Assembly: GCA_965205485.1 (NCBI GenBank)
Contig: OZ242180.1
Coordinates: 1,632,001-1,696,000, forward strand
Length of the DNA stretch: 64,000 bases
Direction: 5' to 3'
DNA from: Candidatus Latescibacterota bacterium
GTDB lineage: Bacteria > Latescibacterota > UBA2968 > GCA-2709665
In this document: in pieces, positions 1 through 10,837 of the stretch
Layout: the number at the start of each line of letters is the position of its first letter
Position numbering within the stretch: position 1 is the stretch's first letter
The notes under the pieces: model-generated
Seen by the model: the letters and a program-made list of their open reading frames with translations, nothing else
What the model was told of the DNA's origin: nothing
Database searches by the model: none
Made by a program: the position numbers and the translations under genes

Positions 1-101
1 CGCCGGCACGATCAGGCCGTGTTGGGCCGCCCGCAGATCGATGGGATGCCCATGGCCTTTTGAGCTGCAGGATTGCGGCTTCATCTGCGCCGGTAATATC
101 G

Positions 102-140
102 AAAGCGACAGACCATGCGTCACGGTCTGTCGTTTTTTTT
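102..140 (+). terminator. Rho-independent terminator (possibly bidirectional)
   Basis: Stem AAAGCGACAGACC/GGTCTGTCGTTTT followed by a T run. Confidence 0.75.
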
Positions 141-179
141 CTTGCGGGAGCCAGCCTCGTTTTTCCGGCGCGAACGCAG

Positions 180-1184
180 TTACGCGAGGACTCTTCGTAT
201 GTTGTATTTTTCGTTTGGAAGGGTCTGCCGCGTGATCATGTCCGCCAGGAGGCCGGTGCACAGAAACTGAACCCCCAGCACGGACAGAAGAATTCCCAGA
301 AAGAGAAGCGGATGTCGGTGCTGAATCGTCCCTGTACGGAACCACAGTGCGGCGATATAGCCGTTTATGCCAACCCCGAGCGCGCTCAGGACGATACCGA
401 TGGTGCCGAACAGGTGCAACGGGCGCCCGATGTACCGCCCGAGGTACATAACGGTAAGCAGGTCGAGGAAGCCCTTGAGCAGACGCGTCCACCCGTATTT
501 CGTCACGCCGAATCGGCGCGGGCGGTGCTGAACGACGATTTCCTCGACGCGGTAGCCTTCCATGTGGGCAAGAACGGGGATGTATCGATGGAGTTCCCCG
601 TATATCTTGATGTCTCGCACCACCTCGCCGCGGAACGCCTTGAGGCCGCAGTTGAAATCGTGGATCGGAATGCCCGAAATCCGGCCGGTGACCCAATTGA
701 AGAACCTGGAAGGGATGGTCTTGCTGAGTGGATCGAAGCGCTTCTTCTTCCATCCTGAAACCAGGTCGGCGCCACCCTCGATTTTTTCGATCAGGCGGGG
801 GATTTCCGCCGGATCGTCCTGAAGGTCGGCATCCATGGTGATAATCGACCGGCCCGCCGCCATGTCGAATCCTGCGACGTACGCCGCGGCTTTGCCGAAG
901 TTGCGGCGGAACTGAATGACCTTGACTTCGTCGTGGACGTCGTGGAGTTCCTCCAGAATCCCGATGGAGCCGTCGGTACTTCCGTCGTCAATGAATATCG
1001 TCTCGAAACGGCGCCCGGTTGCCGCCATGGTCTCCCGGACCTGATCCATCAGCGGCCGGAGGCTCTCCTCCTCGTTCAGAAGCGGTATGACGATAGAGAC
1101 GTCAACGGCGCCCGCGGCCGGGGACGTGGATTCAGACGGCGGTTCGATGTGCGTCTCCATATTCTCTGGTGTTCTGTCCCGCAA
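180..1184 (-). CDS. Glycosyltransferase family 2 (polyprenol-phosphate glycosyltransferase, ArnC/DPM-like)
   Basis: SIVIPLLNEEESL, IDDGSTD, MDADLQDDP motifs, two C-terminal TM helices; start may be ATG at 1160. Confidence 0.92.
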   Translation of the reverse strand: MRDRTPENMETHIEPPSESTSPAAGAVDVSIVIPLLNEEESLRPLMDQVRETMAATGRRFETIFIDDGSTDGSIGILEELHDVHDEVKVIQFRRNFGKAAAYVAGFDMAAGRSIITMDADLQDDPAEIPRLIEKIEGGADLVSGWKKKRFDPLSKTIPSRFFNWVTGRISGIPIHDFNCGLKAFRGEVVRDIKIYGELHRYIPVLAHMEGYRVEEIVVQHRPRRFGVTKYGWTRLLKGFLDLLTVMYLGRYIGRPLHLFGTIGIVLSALGVGINGYIAALWFRTGTIQHRHPLLFLGILLSVLGVQFLCTGLLADMITRQTLPNEKYNIRRVLA

Positions 1185-1385
1185 TTGGATTGCCGAAATT
1201 CAGCTATCCCTTCTCATCTTTCACGTCTCGACGCCTTCCAAGATAGCAAAGCGGGACCCGGTTTTCAAGTCCCGTGTCGCGACACTGCGGGTTGGCAGTC
1301 ATTAAATCGACCGATCCGGGCTGCGACCGGACTGCCGAGCGACTCTATCAGCGGAATGTAAGGGGGAGGCGGGATTCCCTGAATC

Positions 1386-3794
1386 TCACATCTGTTTCAG
1401 GTCGACGAAGAAGCGTTTATTGTCCCTGTTGCCGGTCTCGTCCACGACGTTCAGCGTGTGCCATCCCCTCGAGAGTTCCACGGCCTTGACGTGCCGGCCA
1501 CGACTGCTGCCCAGGTAACGGTCGTCCAGATACCAATACAGGACGCGGTCTTTCTCTCTGTGAGCAACCCGCATCGCGATTTTCTGCCAGGCCCCCCCGA
1601 AGTCTCTCGGCAACCAGAGCCTGGCGTTCTGTTGCGGATAGACGATCTTCAGCGGATCGGACCCGGCGCCCGCAGGGCAATCCCGCTTGTGCGGCGGAAC
1701 CATGCCGGGAACCTGCCCCCGTTCGCGCAGATGCTGCGCGACGTCTGCCGGAAACACAAGCCGGCGTTCAGGACGGCGGTCCCCGGGTTCCCAGCAGAGC
1801 GAACACACGCGATGGCCACCTTCCAATGTCACCTGAAAGGTCCGGTGATATGGACAGATCCGGAGGGGCTTCATATGCAGCGGCGCTTCCACGGAACCCC
1901 GGAGTTCGCAATGCGGACCCGCCCGGAATCCGGTATCCGTGCACAGCTGAAGCTGCCGGATGCCGGCAACAGGTACTTCGATCCAGGCGTTTTCGCGATG
2001 CTTCGGCAGGCTGTTGAACAGGTCGAACAGCAGAGGCGCGGCCGAGCTCGCGCCAGTAAGGTCCGCATTCCCGCGACCGCCGAAATTGCCGATCCATACC
2101 GCCACCGTCCACTCGGGGCTGACGCCGATCGCCCAGGCGTCCCGCTTCCCGTAGCTGGTTCCCGTCTTCCACGCGATCGGCCACTGGTTCTGGTACTGAT
2201 GCCAGTAATATTCCACGCCGGGCCGCTTGAGGTCTCGAAGCATGTCGAGCGTCAGATAACAGGCGCCCGGACTGATCAGCGCGGGACCCTCCGAGTCGGG
2301 CGTCCCGGCAAGGACCGTGAGTGGACTGAAACGGCCATCGTTGGCCAGCGCGCGGTAGCATTGCGCCATGTCCCACAGGCTGACTTCCACGCCGCCCAGA
2401 ATCATCGGCAGGCCGTAATCGCCTGGGGACCGGATAAGCGTTTTGAGGCCGGCGGATTTCAGAAAGCGGTAGAACGGATCCAACCCGTACGCATCCAGCA
2501 AGCGGACCGCGGGCACGTTCAGGGAACGGACCAGCGCCTCCTTTGCCGTCACCAGACCTTCGAAGCTCCCATCGGCGTTTCCCGGGGAAAAAGCGCCGTA
2601 GTGGGTGGGCAAATCCCGTAGCAACGTCCGGGGCAGCAAGAGGCCATGGTCGATGCCCAGGGCGAACAGAAACGGTTTGAGCAGAGATCCGGAAGACCTT
2701 GCGGCCGCAACGCCATCCACCTGACCCTGGTTCCGGTCGTCGAAGAATCCCTGAGATCCGACGTACGCGCGTACCTTTCCTGATCGGGTGTCAGCCACGA
2801 GGGCCGCTCCGTTACGGACGCCCCGCTGCCCCATGAACGCGGCGTGTCGACTGACGAGCTCCGCGCATTGTCTTTGAATATCCCGATGAAGGGTGGTTTT
2901 TATGTAGGTATTCCCGTACCGCGACTCCAGTCGCCGCGCCAGATGTGGCGCGTCCATCGGCAACGGCCTGGCGCCGTCCGGGACTTCCTCCAGCCTCGCC
3001 AGGTCGAAGGTCTCGGCGTCGATCACCCCTTCGTTGTTCAGCCGGTTCAGAAGCCGATCGCGCCTGAGCCGCAGTTTTCCCGGATCGGCCAGTGGCGATA
3101 TGAGGCCTGGCGCGTTCGGAAGGACCGCCAGCGTGGCCGCCTCCGCCCAGGTCAGCCGCTCCGGCGACTTGCCGAAATACCGCTGTGCCGCCGCGCGGTA
3201 GCCGACAACATTGCCGCCATAGGGCGCGTGGTCCAGATAGAGGTTCAGGATCTCTTTCTTGTTATAATGCAGTTCGATCTTCAATGCCTGGAGCAACTCC
3301 AGGGCTTTGTTTAAATAGGTCCTTCTCTTGGGCGACGTCATCCGGGCAACCTGCATCGTCAGCGTACTCGCACCGCTCACGACCGCCCCCGAACGGAAAT
3401 TCTGATAGACGGCCCGGAGCAGCGCCAACGGATCCACCCCGGGATGCCTGTAAAACCGGCGGTCCTCGAAAAACAGCACCGCCTGCTCCAGAGTACGAGG
3501 AACTTCGGCGTTCGCCCGGTGGGGGAAACACCACTGCTCGTTGCCATTCAGGAACATCCGAAGGATCCGCCCCCGCTCGTCAAGTACAACGGTGCTGTAG
3601 TCAGGCTCAAAAAGCGGATCCGGCAGTGGCACCGATACGTAGAGCACCGCAGGGAAGAGAAGCAGAGCGAGAAAGATCCCCAGCCTTGCGCGTCCGCACC
3701 TTGCAAGAAGGGTCCCACGACGCACTTTCCCCCCAGCCGAAATCCGCCACGTCCGAAACATATTTGTAGCGCCTGCAATCGACCGACGTTTCAT
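1386..3794 (-). CDS. pbpC: Penicillin-binding protein 1C
   Basis: Transglycosylase EDRRF/GASTLTMQ, transpeptidase SLLK, SLN, KTGTS; directly downstream of alpha-2-macroglobulin. Confidence 0.93.
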   Translation of the reverse strand: MKRRSIAGATNMFRTWRISAGGKVRRGTLLARCGRARLGIFLALLLFPAVLYVSVPLPDPLFEPDYSTVVLDERGRILRMFLNGNEQWCFPHRANAEVPRTLEQAVLFFEDRRFYRHPGVDPLALLRAVYQNFRSGAVVSGASTLTMQVARMTSPKRRTYLNKALELLQALKIELHYNKKEILNLYLDHAPYGGNVVGYRAAAQRYFGKSPERLTWAEAATLAVLPNAPGLISPLADPGKLRLRRDRLLNRLNNEGVIDAETFDLARLEEVPDGARPLPMDAPHLARRLESRYGNTYIKTTLHRDIQRQCAELVSRHAAFMGQRGVRNGAALVADTRSGKVRAYVGSQGFFDDRNQGQVDGVAAARSSGSLLKPFLFALGIDHGLLLPRTLLRDLPTHYGAFSPGNADGSFEGLVTAKEALVRSLNVPAVRLLDAYGLDPFYRFLKSAGLKTLIRSPGDYGLPMILGGVEVSLWDMAQCYRALANDGRFSPLTVLAGTPDSEGPALISPGACYLTLDMLRDLKRPGVEYYWHQYQNQWPIAWKTGTSYGKRDAWAIGVSPEWTVAVWIGNFGGRGNADLTGASSAAPLLFDLFNSLPKHRENAWIEVPVAGIRQLQLCTDTGFRAGPHCELRGSVEAPLHMKPLRICPYHRTFQVTLEGGHRVCSLCWEPGDRRPERRLVFPADVAQHLRERGQVPGMVPPHKRDCPAGAGSDPLKIVYPQQNARLWLPRDFGGAWQKIAMRVAHREKDRVLYWYLDDRYLGSSRGRHVKAVELSRGWHTLNVVDETGNRDNKRFFVDLKQM

Positions 3795-3876
3795 TTATCG
3801 CCTCGTCCTTGCCGCCTCAGGGTGGCATTCCGATCCGCCGGGCGCCCAAATTGTCGTGCTGGCAACCGTGTAGCAT

Positions 3877-6800
3877 CTATCTCTGTTTAACCACAACCCG
3901 TTTTCCGGCCGCGGTCGCCCGGTAGGATCGATCGTACATGGCTTCCGCAACCGATGCAGGCAGCCTGAATGACCCTGCCGTAACGGCATTCAATCGGACG
4001 ACGAAATCCAGATCCCTTCGACCCTCGAAATCGAAAAACCACATCACCCGGTCGTCACGTGCGTCCATGTATTCCTCGCGGTTCAGATTCAGGCGCTTCG
4101 TCCAGTTCGGCGCCGTCCGAGCGGACAGACGCGGGTTGTCGATTTCCCAGCCGGCGGGAAGCACCTGGACCAGCGCCAGCTCTTCGACGTCTCGCGGGAC
4201 GGCCAGATTGCGCACGCGAAAATGACCCCAGAAGTTCTCGCCCTGAGACAGTTCGGCGGGATCGACCGGCAGCCCATCGTCGTTGAGCCAGCGCACCTTC
4301 AGCGCCAGCTTGCTGGAGGTATCTCCCTCGTCGTCGGTAAGCGGGACTCCGTCCCAGTCCAGGGTTGCGAACGCCCTCCTGACGGTCGACGCCGAATCCA
4401 GCGTAACAGCGACTTCCCGGCCAAAGCCCTCTTCGATTTCGACGTGCCAGGCCGGCTGATCCGTCTCAAACGGCATCTCCCGTCCATCCGGAAGGTGGAT
4501 CGTGCCGGCAAGCACGGACGGGCTGTCCTCTCCTCTGTCGAGAGACCGGACGTATTTTCCCAGGGACAGAAGCATGAACCCGGTGGTCTGGGTGCTGTAC
4601 CACTTCTGCGACGCGAGCGCCTGGCCCAGGTCCTTGGCGACCTCGTCCGCTTCCGACCAGCGTTCGAACATGACCAGCGTATTCAGAATGATCGCCAGAT
4701 CCCGCATTCCCGAGCCGTAGGTCCCGCCCGATTCGTTGTACACCTCCACCCGCTTACCGGCCGGGATGAGGATCTGCGCGGCCGTCCGCTCCACTCCGGC
4801 AAGGTGATACGCCGCGGCCAGCAGCCACTTCTGGGTATCGTTCATGTCCTTGATCCCTGTCTCCTTCAGCAGATTCATCGGGCCGATCTGGTATTCGCCG
4901 GCGAGCGCCAGGAGATAGACGCGATAGACCCGCGCCATCAGTCTGTCTTTGACCGTAAGCGACCGGGATTTTTCGTAACGCAACCAATTCGCCATCAGGT
5001 CCTGCGGCACGTGATACCCCAGTTTGGCCGCCTCAATCAGAAAGTGGCCCGCGTACAGGGAACCCCAGGTTGAGACGGTGTTGGCGCCGGGCCAGTAGGC
5101 GAACCCGCCTGAGCCAAGCTTGAATTTCCTCAACTTTCGGATCGCCGAATTGATGAACCGGTCGATTTGGACCGTTGCGTCTCCGGCATACTTCACGCCC
5201 TCCAGGAAGGTGCTCAGGTACAACAGTGGAAACGCGGTCGAAACCGTTTGCTCGATACAGCCGTATGGAAAGCGTACCAGCCGGAGCAGCCTGTGGGTCA
5301 TTCCAAAGTCGGGGTGGCGGCGCAGAACCACCCGGGCGCGATTGGTACCGGGCAGCCCTCTGTCCGGGACCGTAAAGCGGACACGCTCACCGGGACGGAT
5401 TTCCTGTTCCTGCGCGGCGTAGGTTCTGGGTGACGATGGCCGCACATTCAGATCGGTCGCATGATCAGCGACGATGTCCGGCGCCTCCGCCGCGACGACC
5501 ACCCTGGCCTGCCCCACCGCCGAAGCCGCCTCAAGCGCAAACGAAAGTTCCTGCTCCCCCGAAGTCGAGAAGTCCAATTCCTGCCGCGCCGGGCCGGCCA
5601 CCGAAACCGGGCCCTCAGCGTGTATCGAAACGACGGTGGGTCCGATACTGTCGACCATCGCGAAAACGGTTACGGGAACGGTGATACGGTCCCCCGGACC
5701 AAGCACGCGCGGCAGCGTGGGCATCACCATCAGTTCGGTCTTCACCGGAACCGACGTCTCTGCCTTGCCGTATCGTCCGCCGCTGGCGGAAACGGCCATC
5801 GCCCGCACCGAACCCGTGTAGTCGGGCATTTCGAAATCAACGGTGGCGCGACCCTGCGCGTCGGTTTCGATCGGCCCCTTGAACAGCGATACCGCCTTGA
5901 ATCGCTTCGCGCGTTCAGGCTCCAGCTGGGAAGCCCTGTATGCGAATCCGCCGCCCACCGCGAAGGTCTTGAAGACGTCTCCCTTGTTGGCGCCGATGAC
6001 GTGGGAATACACGTCGTGCGTGACAACCCCCAGCCGACGCTTCCTGTAAAAAGACTGCCACGCGTCCGGCGTGGAGAACCCGGTGAGCGCCAGCAGCCCC
6101 TCGTCCACCACGGCCAGCGTGAACTGCGCCGGCTCTCCATCGACCGTTTCGACCTGAATCTGAAACGGGGACTCGGGCGTCAGTTCGGCGGGCATGCGGA
6201 GGGTGATATCCTGGCGGGTACGGGGATCGCTCACATTGAGGGGAACCACGCCGTACAGCCGAATCGGTCGATCGTTCATCGTCTGAGCGTATGGCTGGAG
6301 GACCGAGACGCCGACGTATGCGGTGGGCGCCATATCCCGTGTGATGGGCACCGGTACCTGAAACTCGTCCGGCCGACCGTCCGGTTCGTACCATCGGGTC
6401 TGCAGAATCCGGTTGTCCTGTTCCACCGAGACCAGAATCGCGCCCTGCCGCGGCGCGGGAAACGTCACCAGCGCTGAATCGCCGGGGGCGTAGGCCTTCC
6501 TGTCGGTCTTGAGCGCGAGCATGCCCGCGGATTTCGGATCGGCCTGCGCTTCGCCCCAGGGATAGGCGCGCATGAAGAATGCGGCGGTATGGCCGGCCGC
6601 ATCCGCCACCTCGATCAGATACTCGCCCCGTTCCCCGGGCGTAAACACAAGCGGCACGGGGGCAGCCTTCGAAAAAAGCGAGCCGCTCTCGATCTGTTCC
6701 GTGTACTGGTCCGTTTTGAACTTGAGGCGAAACTGATCGCGACTCTCGTATTCCCACCACCAGTTCGACGTGCTTCTGTAAATGCGATATTCAAGCGGCA

Positions 6801-9396
6801 ATCCCGGCATCGCTTCACCGTGAGCCGTCACCAGTACAACCGGGATTTCCAGCGAGGACCCAAGGCGGGCATATCCATAGTCGAACTGGGGTTTTCGCAC
6901 CCCGACGTAGCGCTCGTACGGATCCAGGGCGAGCGTCTCACGGCTGCGGTTGGGGCGGCCTCCTTTCTCCAGCACCGTGGCTTCGATTCGGACACGTACG
7001 CCCGATGGTTCCGTTCCGGACACAGGCAGCGGCCAGCGCACCCGCGCGCGGCCCTCCGCGTCGAGTTTGCCCTTGAAGATGCTGGCGCGGCTCGGCTTGT
7101 ACGTTACGGCTTCGTTCGTGAAGCTGAAACCCGGGTAGTTGGCAAACTGCCGGGCAGCGTGCGCGAAGTCGACCGTGACCTCGGCATCCAGCCCCACAGC
7201 CGGATTTCCGAAAAGGTAGGTGCTCGCGAGCACCAGTCGCAGTTCCTCGTCCTCAGGCGTCAGACTCGTCTTTTCGGGCTCGATCCGTACCTTCAACCGG
7301 TAAGGGACCACCGTCTCAACCTTCACGGTATGGTCGAACGTCCTGCTTCCCACTTCCAGGCGGGCCCGCCAGTTTCCCGTGGGGTCGTCGGGCTCGGTCC
7401 TGAAGCTGAACGCATAGAAGCCGTCCTTGCCCGTTCGGGACGTCCGCTCGAGTACAAGCTGGTTTCTGGGGTTGAAGAGTTTCAGCGTAACCGGGTGGTT
7501 CTCCGGAAAGGTCTCCTCCGAATTGCGCGCAATCAGTGAAAGGTGGATCTCGTCGCCGGGCCGATAAACGCCACGTTCGGAATAAATGAACGCCCGGACG
7601 CCGTCCTGCGGCGCCGATGCGCCCCCGGTATCGAAGGTCGAGAGGTTCCAGGCCATTTCGTTGCACTTGATGATGCTCTTCTGGTCGTCTTTTTCCGCTT
7701 CAACATAGAAGACGTCCCGCTCTCCGCCGGGGATCGTTACCGCGCCGCGCCTGTCTGTCAGGCCCCGGCCGGCCACCTGGTTCTGAAAGGTACGCAGCGT
7801 GACCGTCACGCCGGACATCGGCGCCGCATTGTTGAGATCCCGGACGTAAACCAGGTGCTGGCGGTGCGCCTTCTTGTACGTCAATCCGATATCGCTTACA
7901 ATAACAGGCTTGAATACCCTTCCGTTTCCGTCGATATATCCCGGCGAAAAGGGATGACTGCTGTAATCCCACAACCGCCAGTTCCACCGCCATTGCTTTC
8001 GCGCTTCCTCGGCCTCGCCCGGCGCGCCGTACAGCATGTCGACGTGCTTGAAGCTGAGACTGAGCAGAAGCGGCCCTTTTTCGGACGGATCGAGCAGCGC
8101 ATTCAGGTCCAATTCATGCTGCAGCCACCGGTTGCGGATCTGGCCGATCTCGAGGACCGTATCGACAAGCCCTACACCTACGCGGTTGACCTCCCGGGAG
8201 TAGAAATCCCGCCTGCGGTCGACGCCACTCTTCAGACTCTGACTCTGCAGGAACTGACCCAGGTTCGAGTCGAAAACCTGCTGAATCCGCAATCTCGCCC
8301 GGCTCACGTTCACCGTGCGGAACCGTACGCGCTGACGGTTGATCGTCGGCAGAATCATCCCGTCTTCGGAGAATCGAATCTGGGGTTTCATGTCCGGTAT
8401 CTGGACGGTTTCGGTATGTTCCGTGGCCGTTGCCGCTCCCCACCGGCTGCGAATGCCCGGATGAATGGTGAATGTATAGTGCCGGCCATGCTCAAACTCC
8501 CCGCTCACGTGGATTTTCCTGCCCGTCGCGCTGATCCGGATATCCATCGCCGGGTCCACGGCGATCAGCCCGCGGAGATCCTGGCCGGGGTCAGGGTCGT
8601 CCGTCATTTCGACCGCGAGCCCGGGCTCCCGCCCCTCCGCACGACCTTCGACTTTGACGACTTTCATCTCTGTTACGGGACCCAGAGTCCTTTTGTTCAC
8701 GTAGTTTCGCGATATCTCCAACGGCTCCTTATCGAGGTTGAAAAGCAGTTCTCGTCTGATTGTTCCCCGTACGATGGGGCCTGAGACAAACGCGAACGTA
8801 GTCCCGTCCGCGTCCGCCGTCCAGACAAGCGAAAGCTGCTCCGGGCCCAAAGACAACCGCCCGGCTTGCCGCACCTGTTCGAGCAAGGTCTTTTCGCTGA
8901 ACACGACCTGCCCTTTGTAGACCACGCGCTGCGGATCGTCTTTCTCGATCAACTCGAAATCCGCGTTCAACGTAACGATCTCCCGGCCGGCAACGTTGAA
9001 CGCGAACTCAAGGGGTCGCAAGTTCATGTGCCGAGGGAACAGGGCGGCGAGATCCAGGGACCCCCGGTATTGCCGCCGGAACGGAAGCGGCGCGTCCGGT
9101 TGGAAGAGAAGCGTGCGCCGGTCCGCCCAGCGGGCGGTCCCGGCGATACGCGGCGCGAAGGTGAACGCGGTCTTCTGAAGGCTCTGCCCGACCCGGTCTA
9201 CCGATACGACAGGCGACACGAACCGCACGCGAATGACGTCTCCCGATCGGATGAGGTCTGACGTCACGTGGCTGACCAGCCTGGCTGTCTCGGCCGAGTA
9301 GGTAATCGTCCCGGATTCGTTCCGCTTTGAAGCACACCCGGCCAAAAAGACTCCGATCAGCAACCACCTGCCGGCGCCAATCCGATTTAGTTTCAT
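3877..9396 (-). CDS. Bacterial alpha-2-macroglobulin lipoprotein
   Basis: 1839 aa, lipobox LAGC, ERGVYRPG, thioester motif PYGCIEQ, C-terminal AEAMYD. Confidence 0.95.
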   Translation of the reverse strand: MKLNRIGAGRWLLIGVFLAGCASKRNESGTITYSAETARLVSHVTSDLIRSGDVIRVRFVSPVVSVDRVGQSLQKTAFTFAPRIAGTARWADRRTLLFQPDAPLPFRRQYRGSLDLAALFPRHMNLRPLEFAFNVAGREIVTLNADFELIEKDDPQRVVYKGQVVFSEKTLLEQVRQAGRLSLGPEQLSLVWTADADGTTFAFVSGPIVRGTIRRELLFNLDKEPLEISRNYVNKRTLGPVTEMKVVKVEGRAEGREPGLAVEMTDDPDPGQDLRGLIAVDPAMDIRISATGRKIHVSGEFEHGRHYTFTIHPGIRSRWGAATATEHTETVQIPDMKPQIRFSEDGMILPTINRQRVRFRTVNVSRARLRIQQVFDSNLGQFLQSQSLKSGVDRRRDFYSREVNRVGVGLVDTVLEIGQIRNRWLQHELDLNALLDPSEKGPLLLSLSFKHVDMLYGAPGEAEEARKQWRWNWRLWDYSSHPFSPGYIDGNGRVFKPVIVSDIGLTYKKAHRQHLVYVRDLNNAAPMSGVTVTLRTFQNQVAGRGLTDRRGAVTIPGGERDVFYVEAEKDDQKSIIKCNEMAWNLSTFDTGGASAPQDGVRAFIYSERGVYRPGDEIHLSLIARNSEETFPENHPVTLKLFNPRNQLVLERTSRTGKDGFYAFSFRTEPDDPTGNWRARLEVGSRTFDHTVKVETVVPYRLKVRIEPEKTSLTPEDEELRLVLASTYLFGNPAVGLDAEVTVDFAHAARQFANYPGFSFTNEAVTYKPSRASIFKGKLDAEGRARVRWPLPVSGTEPSGVRVRIEATVLEKGGRPNRSRETLALDPYERYVGVRKPQFDYGYARLGSSLEIPVVLVTAHGEAMPGLPLEYRIYRSTSNWWWEYESRDQFRLKFKTDQYTEQIESGSLFSKAAPVPLVFTPGERGEYLIEVADAAGHTAAFFMRAYPWGEAQADPKSAGMLALKTDRKAYAPGDSALVTFPAPRQGAILVSVEQDNRILQTRWYEPDGRPDEFQVPVPITRDMAPTAYVGVSVLQPYAQTMNDRPIRLYGVVPLNVSDPRTRQDITLRMPAELTPESPFQIQVETVDGEPAQFTLAVVDEGLLALTGFSTPDAWQSFYRKRRLGVVTHDVYSHVIGANKGDVFKTFAVGGGFAYRASQLEPERAKRFKAVSLFKGPIETDAQGRATVDFEMPDYTGSVRAMAVSASGGRYGKAETSVPVKTELMVMPTLPRVLGPGDRITVPVTVFAMVDSIGPTVVSIHAEGPVSVAGPARQELDFSTSGEQELSFALEAASAVGQARVVVAAEAPDIVADHATDLNVRPSSPRTYAAQEQEIRPGERVRFTVPDRGLPGTNRARVVLRRHPDFGMTHRLLRLVRFPYGCIEQTVSTAFPLLYLSTFLEGVKYAGDATVQIDRFINSAIRKLRKFKLGSGGFAYWPGANTVSTWGSLYAGHFLIEAAKLGYHVPQDLMANWLRYEKSRSLTVKDRLMARVYRVYLLALAGEYQIGPMNLLKETGIKDMNDTQKWLLAAAYHLAGVERTAAQILIPAGKRVEVYNESGGTYGSGMRDLAIILNTLVMFERWSEADEVAKDLGQALASQKWYSTQTTGFMLLSLGKYVRSLDRGEDSPSVLAGTIHLPDGREMPFETDQPAWHVEIEEGFGREVAVTLDSASTVRRAFATLDWDGVPLTDDEGDTSSKLALKVRWLNDDGLPVDPAELSQGENFWGHFRVRNLAVPRDVEELALVQVLPAGWEIDNPRLSARTAPNWTKRLNLNREEYMDARDDRVMWFFDFEGRRDLDFVVRLNAVTAGSFRLPASVAEAMYDRSYRATAAGKRVVVKQR

Positions 9397-9506
9397 CCCC
9401 TACTCCCCATGGCATATTGTGGAAACATCGGTCTACACAGCCAGCGACGGGCAATCCGATCCTCGTCGATAACGATTCATCGTCCGACATTGCCCCGGAA
9501 AACCGC

Positions 9507-9534
9507 TTGACATCATCGGGCTGATCTATACCTT
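9507..9534 (+). promoter_or_regulatory. Putative sigma70 promoter of the LLM gene
   Basis: TTGACA-16 nt-TACCTT. Confidence 0.4.
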
Positions 9535-9536
9535 AA

Positions 9537-9695
9537 CAGCCCGTTGAAAAGCCCATCCGGGCTACGTCCGGCCCTTGTGGCCGAATTACTGCGTTACACT
9601 CCCTCCCCGAATCCCCCGATTCGACGCGGTCGCGCGCCTTGTCTTCGGCCACAATGACTCGGCCTCGCCTGCAGAGCGACTTTATCAACGGACTG
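9537..9695 (+). mobile_element. MITE family 1, copy 1 (IS5-like ends)
   Basis: TIRs CAGCCCGTTGA/TCAACGGACTG, TTAA on both sides; homologous to 15794-15939 and 29510-29669. Confidence 0.85.
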
Positions 9696-9744
9696 TTAAT
9701 CGCCGAAAACCGGCAACGTGTCACGAGACATCAGGAGATTTCCG

Positions 9745-10806
9745 ATGAAATTCGGCCAATTCTACCTGCTGGAAACCCCGCCCGGCAAAGACCACGCCGA
9801 AGTCTACCACGAAGCGTTCGAACAGTTCAAGCTCATGGATGAATTGGGCTGGGACGCCATCTGGCTGGCCGAACACCACTTCGACCACAAGGCGCCGGGC
9901 GCCAACTACTACTCGATTACCCCGTCCATCCATACCATGGCCGCGTACGCGTCGGCCATTACGGAACGCATCAAGATCGGAACCGCGGTCATCGTACTGC
10001 CCTTCCATAACCCGGTAATCGTCGCGGAAGACTTCGCCACCGTGGATATCATGTCCAAAGGACGGCTCCTCTTCGGCGTGGGGCGAGGTTACCAATTGGA
10101 GGAGTTTCACAACTGGGGCATCGACCTGGAGGAAAGCCGGGAGCGCTTTCAGGAAGAACTGGAAATCATCCTGAAAGCCTGGACGGGCCCCGTGGAATAC
10201 GACGGCAAGTTCCACAAGGTCCGGAAAGTCAACGTCATCCCGAAGCCGGTACAACAGCCGCATCCGCCGGTCTACGTCGCGGCGGTAAGTCCCTCGACGT
10301 ACGAATGGGTCATCAAGAACGGATACAACGTCCTGACTTCGTTCCTGCATCCCTACGACCAGGTCTTCGAGCTCTATGAAGCGTATCACAAGACGGCCGA
10401 CGCGTGCGGCCTGTCAGGAAAGCTGGACTTCCCGCTGGCGAGATTCCTCTACGTTGCCGAATCGACAGAGAAAGCCCGCGAGGAATGCCACGACCAACTC
10501 ATGTGGTATTTCCGCACCCTGCTTGCGGAGGTTATCGCGCCGCCGCCCGAGATCGCTCCGCCCGGACAGATGGAATTCTACCAGGAACTGAAGGAGAAAT
10601 TCTCGAACATCAGCTTCGACGAGATCCTGGCCGAACACGCCATCGTTGGCGATCCGGACTTCGTGGCCGACAAAATCGGCTGGATCCAAAAACATACGGG
10701 GTTGCAGAACTTCATGGGGTGGACCCGCATCGGAGACCTGCATCCCGATCTGGTCTGCAAGTCCCTGCGCATGTTCTCCGAACACGTCGCGCCGGCATTT
10801 GATTGA
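9745..10806 (+). CDS. LLM-class (luciferase-like) flavin-dependent oxidoreductase
   Basis: WLAEHHF, RIKIGTAV, GRLLFGVGRGY, PKPVQQPHPP; RBS AGGAG before ATG 9745. Confidence 0.93.
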   Translation: MKFGQFYLLETPPGKDHAEVYHEAFEQFKLMDELGWDAIWLAEHHFDHKAPGANYYSITPSIHTMAAYASAITERIKIGTAVIVLPFHNPVIVAEDFATVDIMSKGRLLFGVGRGYQLEEFHNWGIDLEESRERFQEELEIILKAWTGPVEYDGKFHKVRKVNVIPKPVQQPHPPVYVAAVSPSTYEWVIKNGYNVLTSFLHPYDQVFELYEAYHKTADACGLSGKLDFPLARFLYVAESTEKAREECHDQLMWYFRTLLAEVIAPPPEIAPPGQMEFYQELKEKFSNISFDEILAEHAIVGDPDFVADKIGWIQKHTGLQNFMGWTRIGDLHPDLVCKSLRMFSEHVAPAFD

Positions 10807-10837
10807 ACGCACCGCTGAATTGCTACCCGGACCCTTC

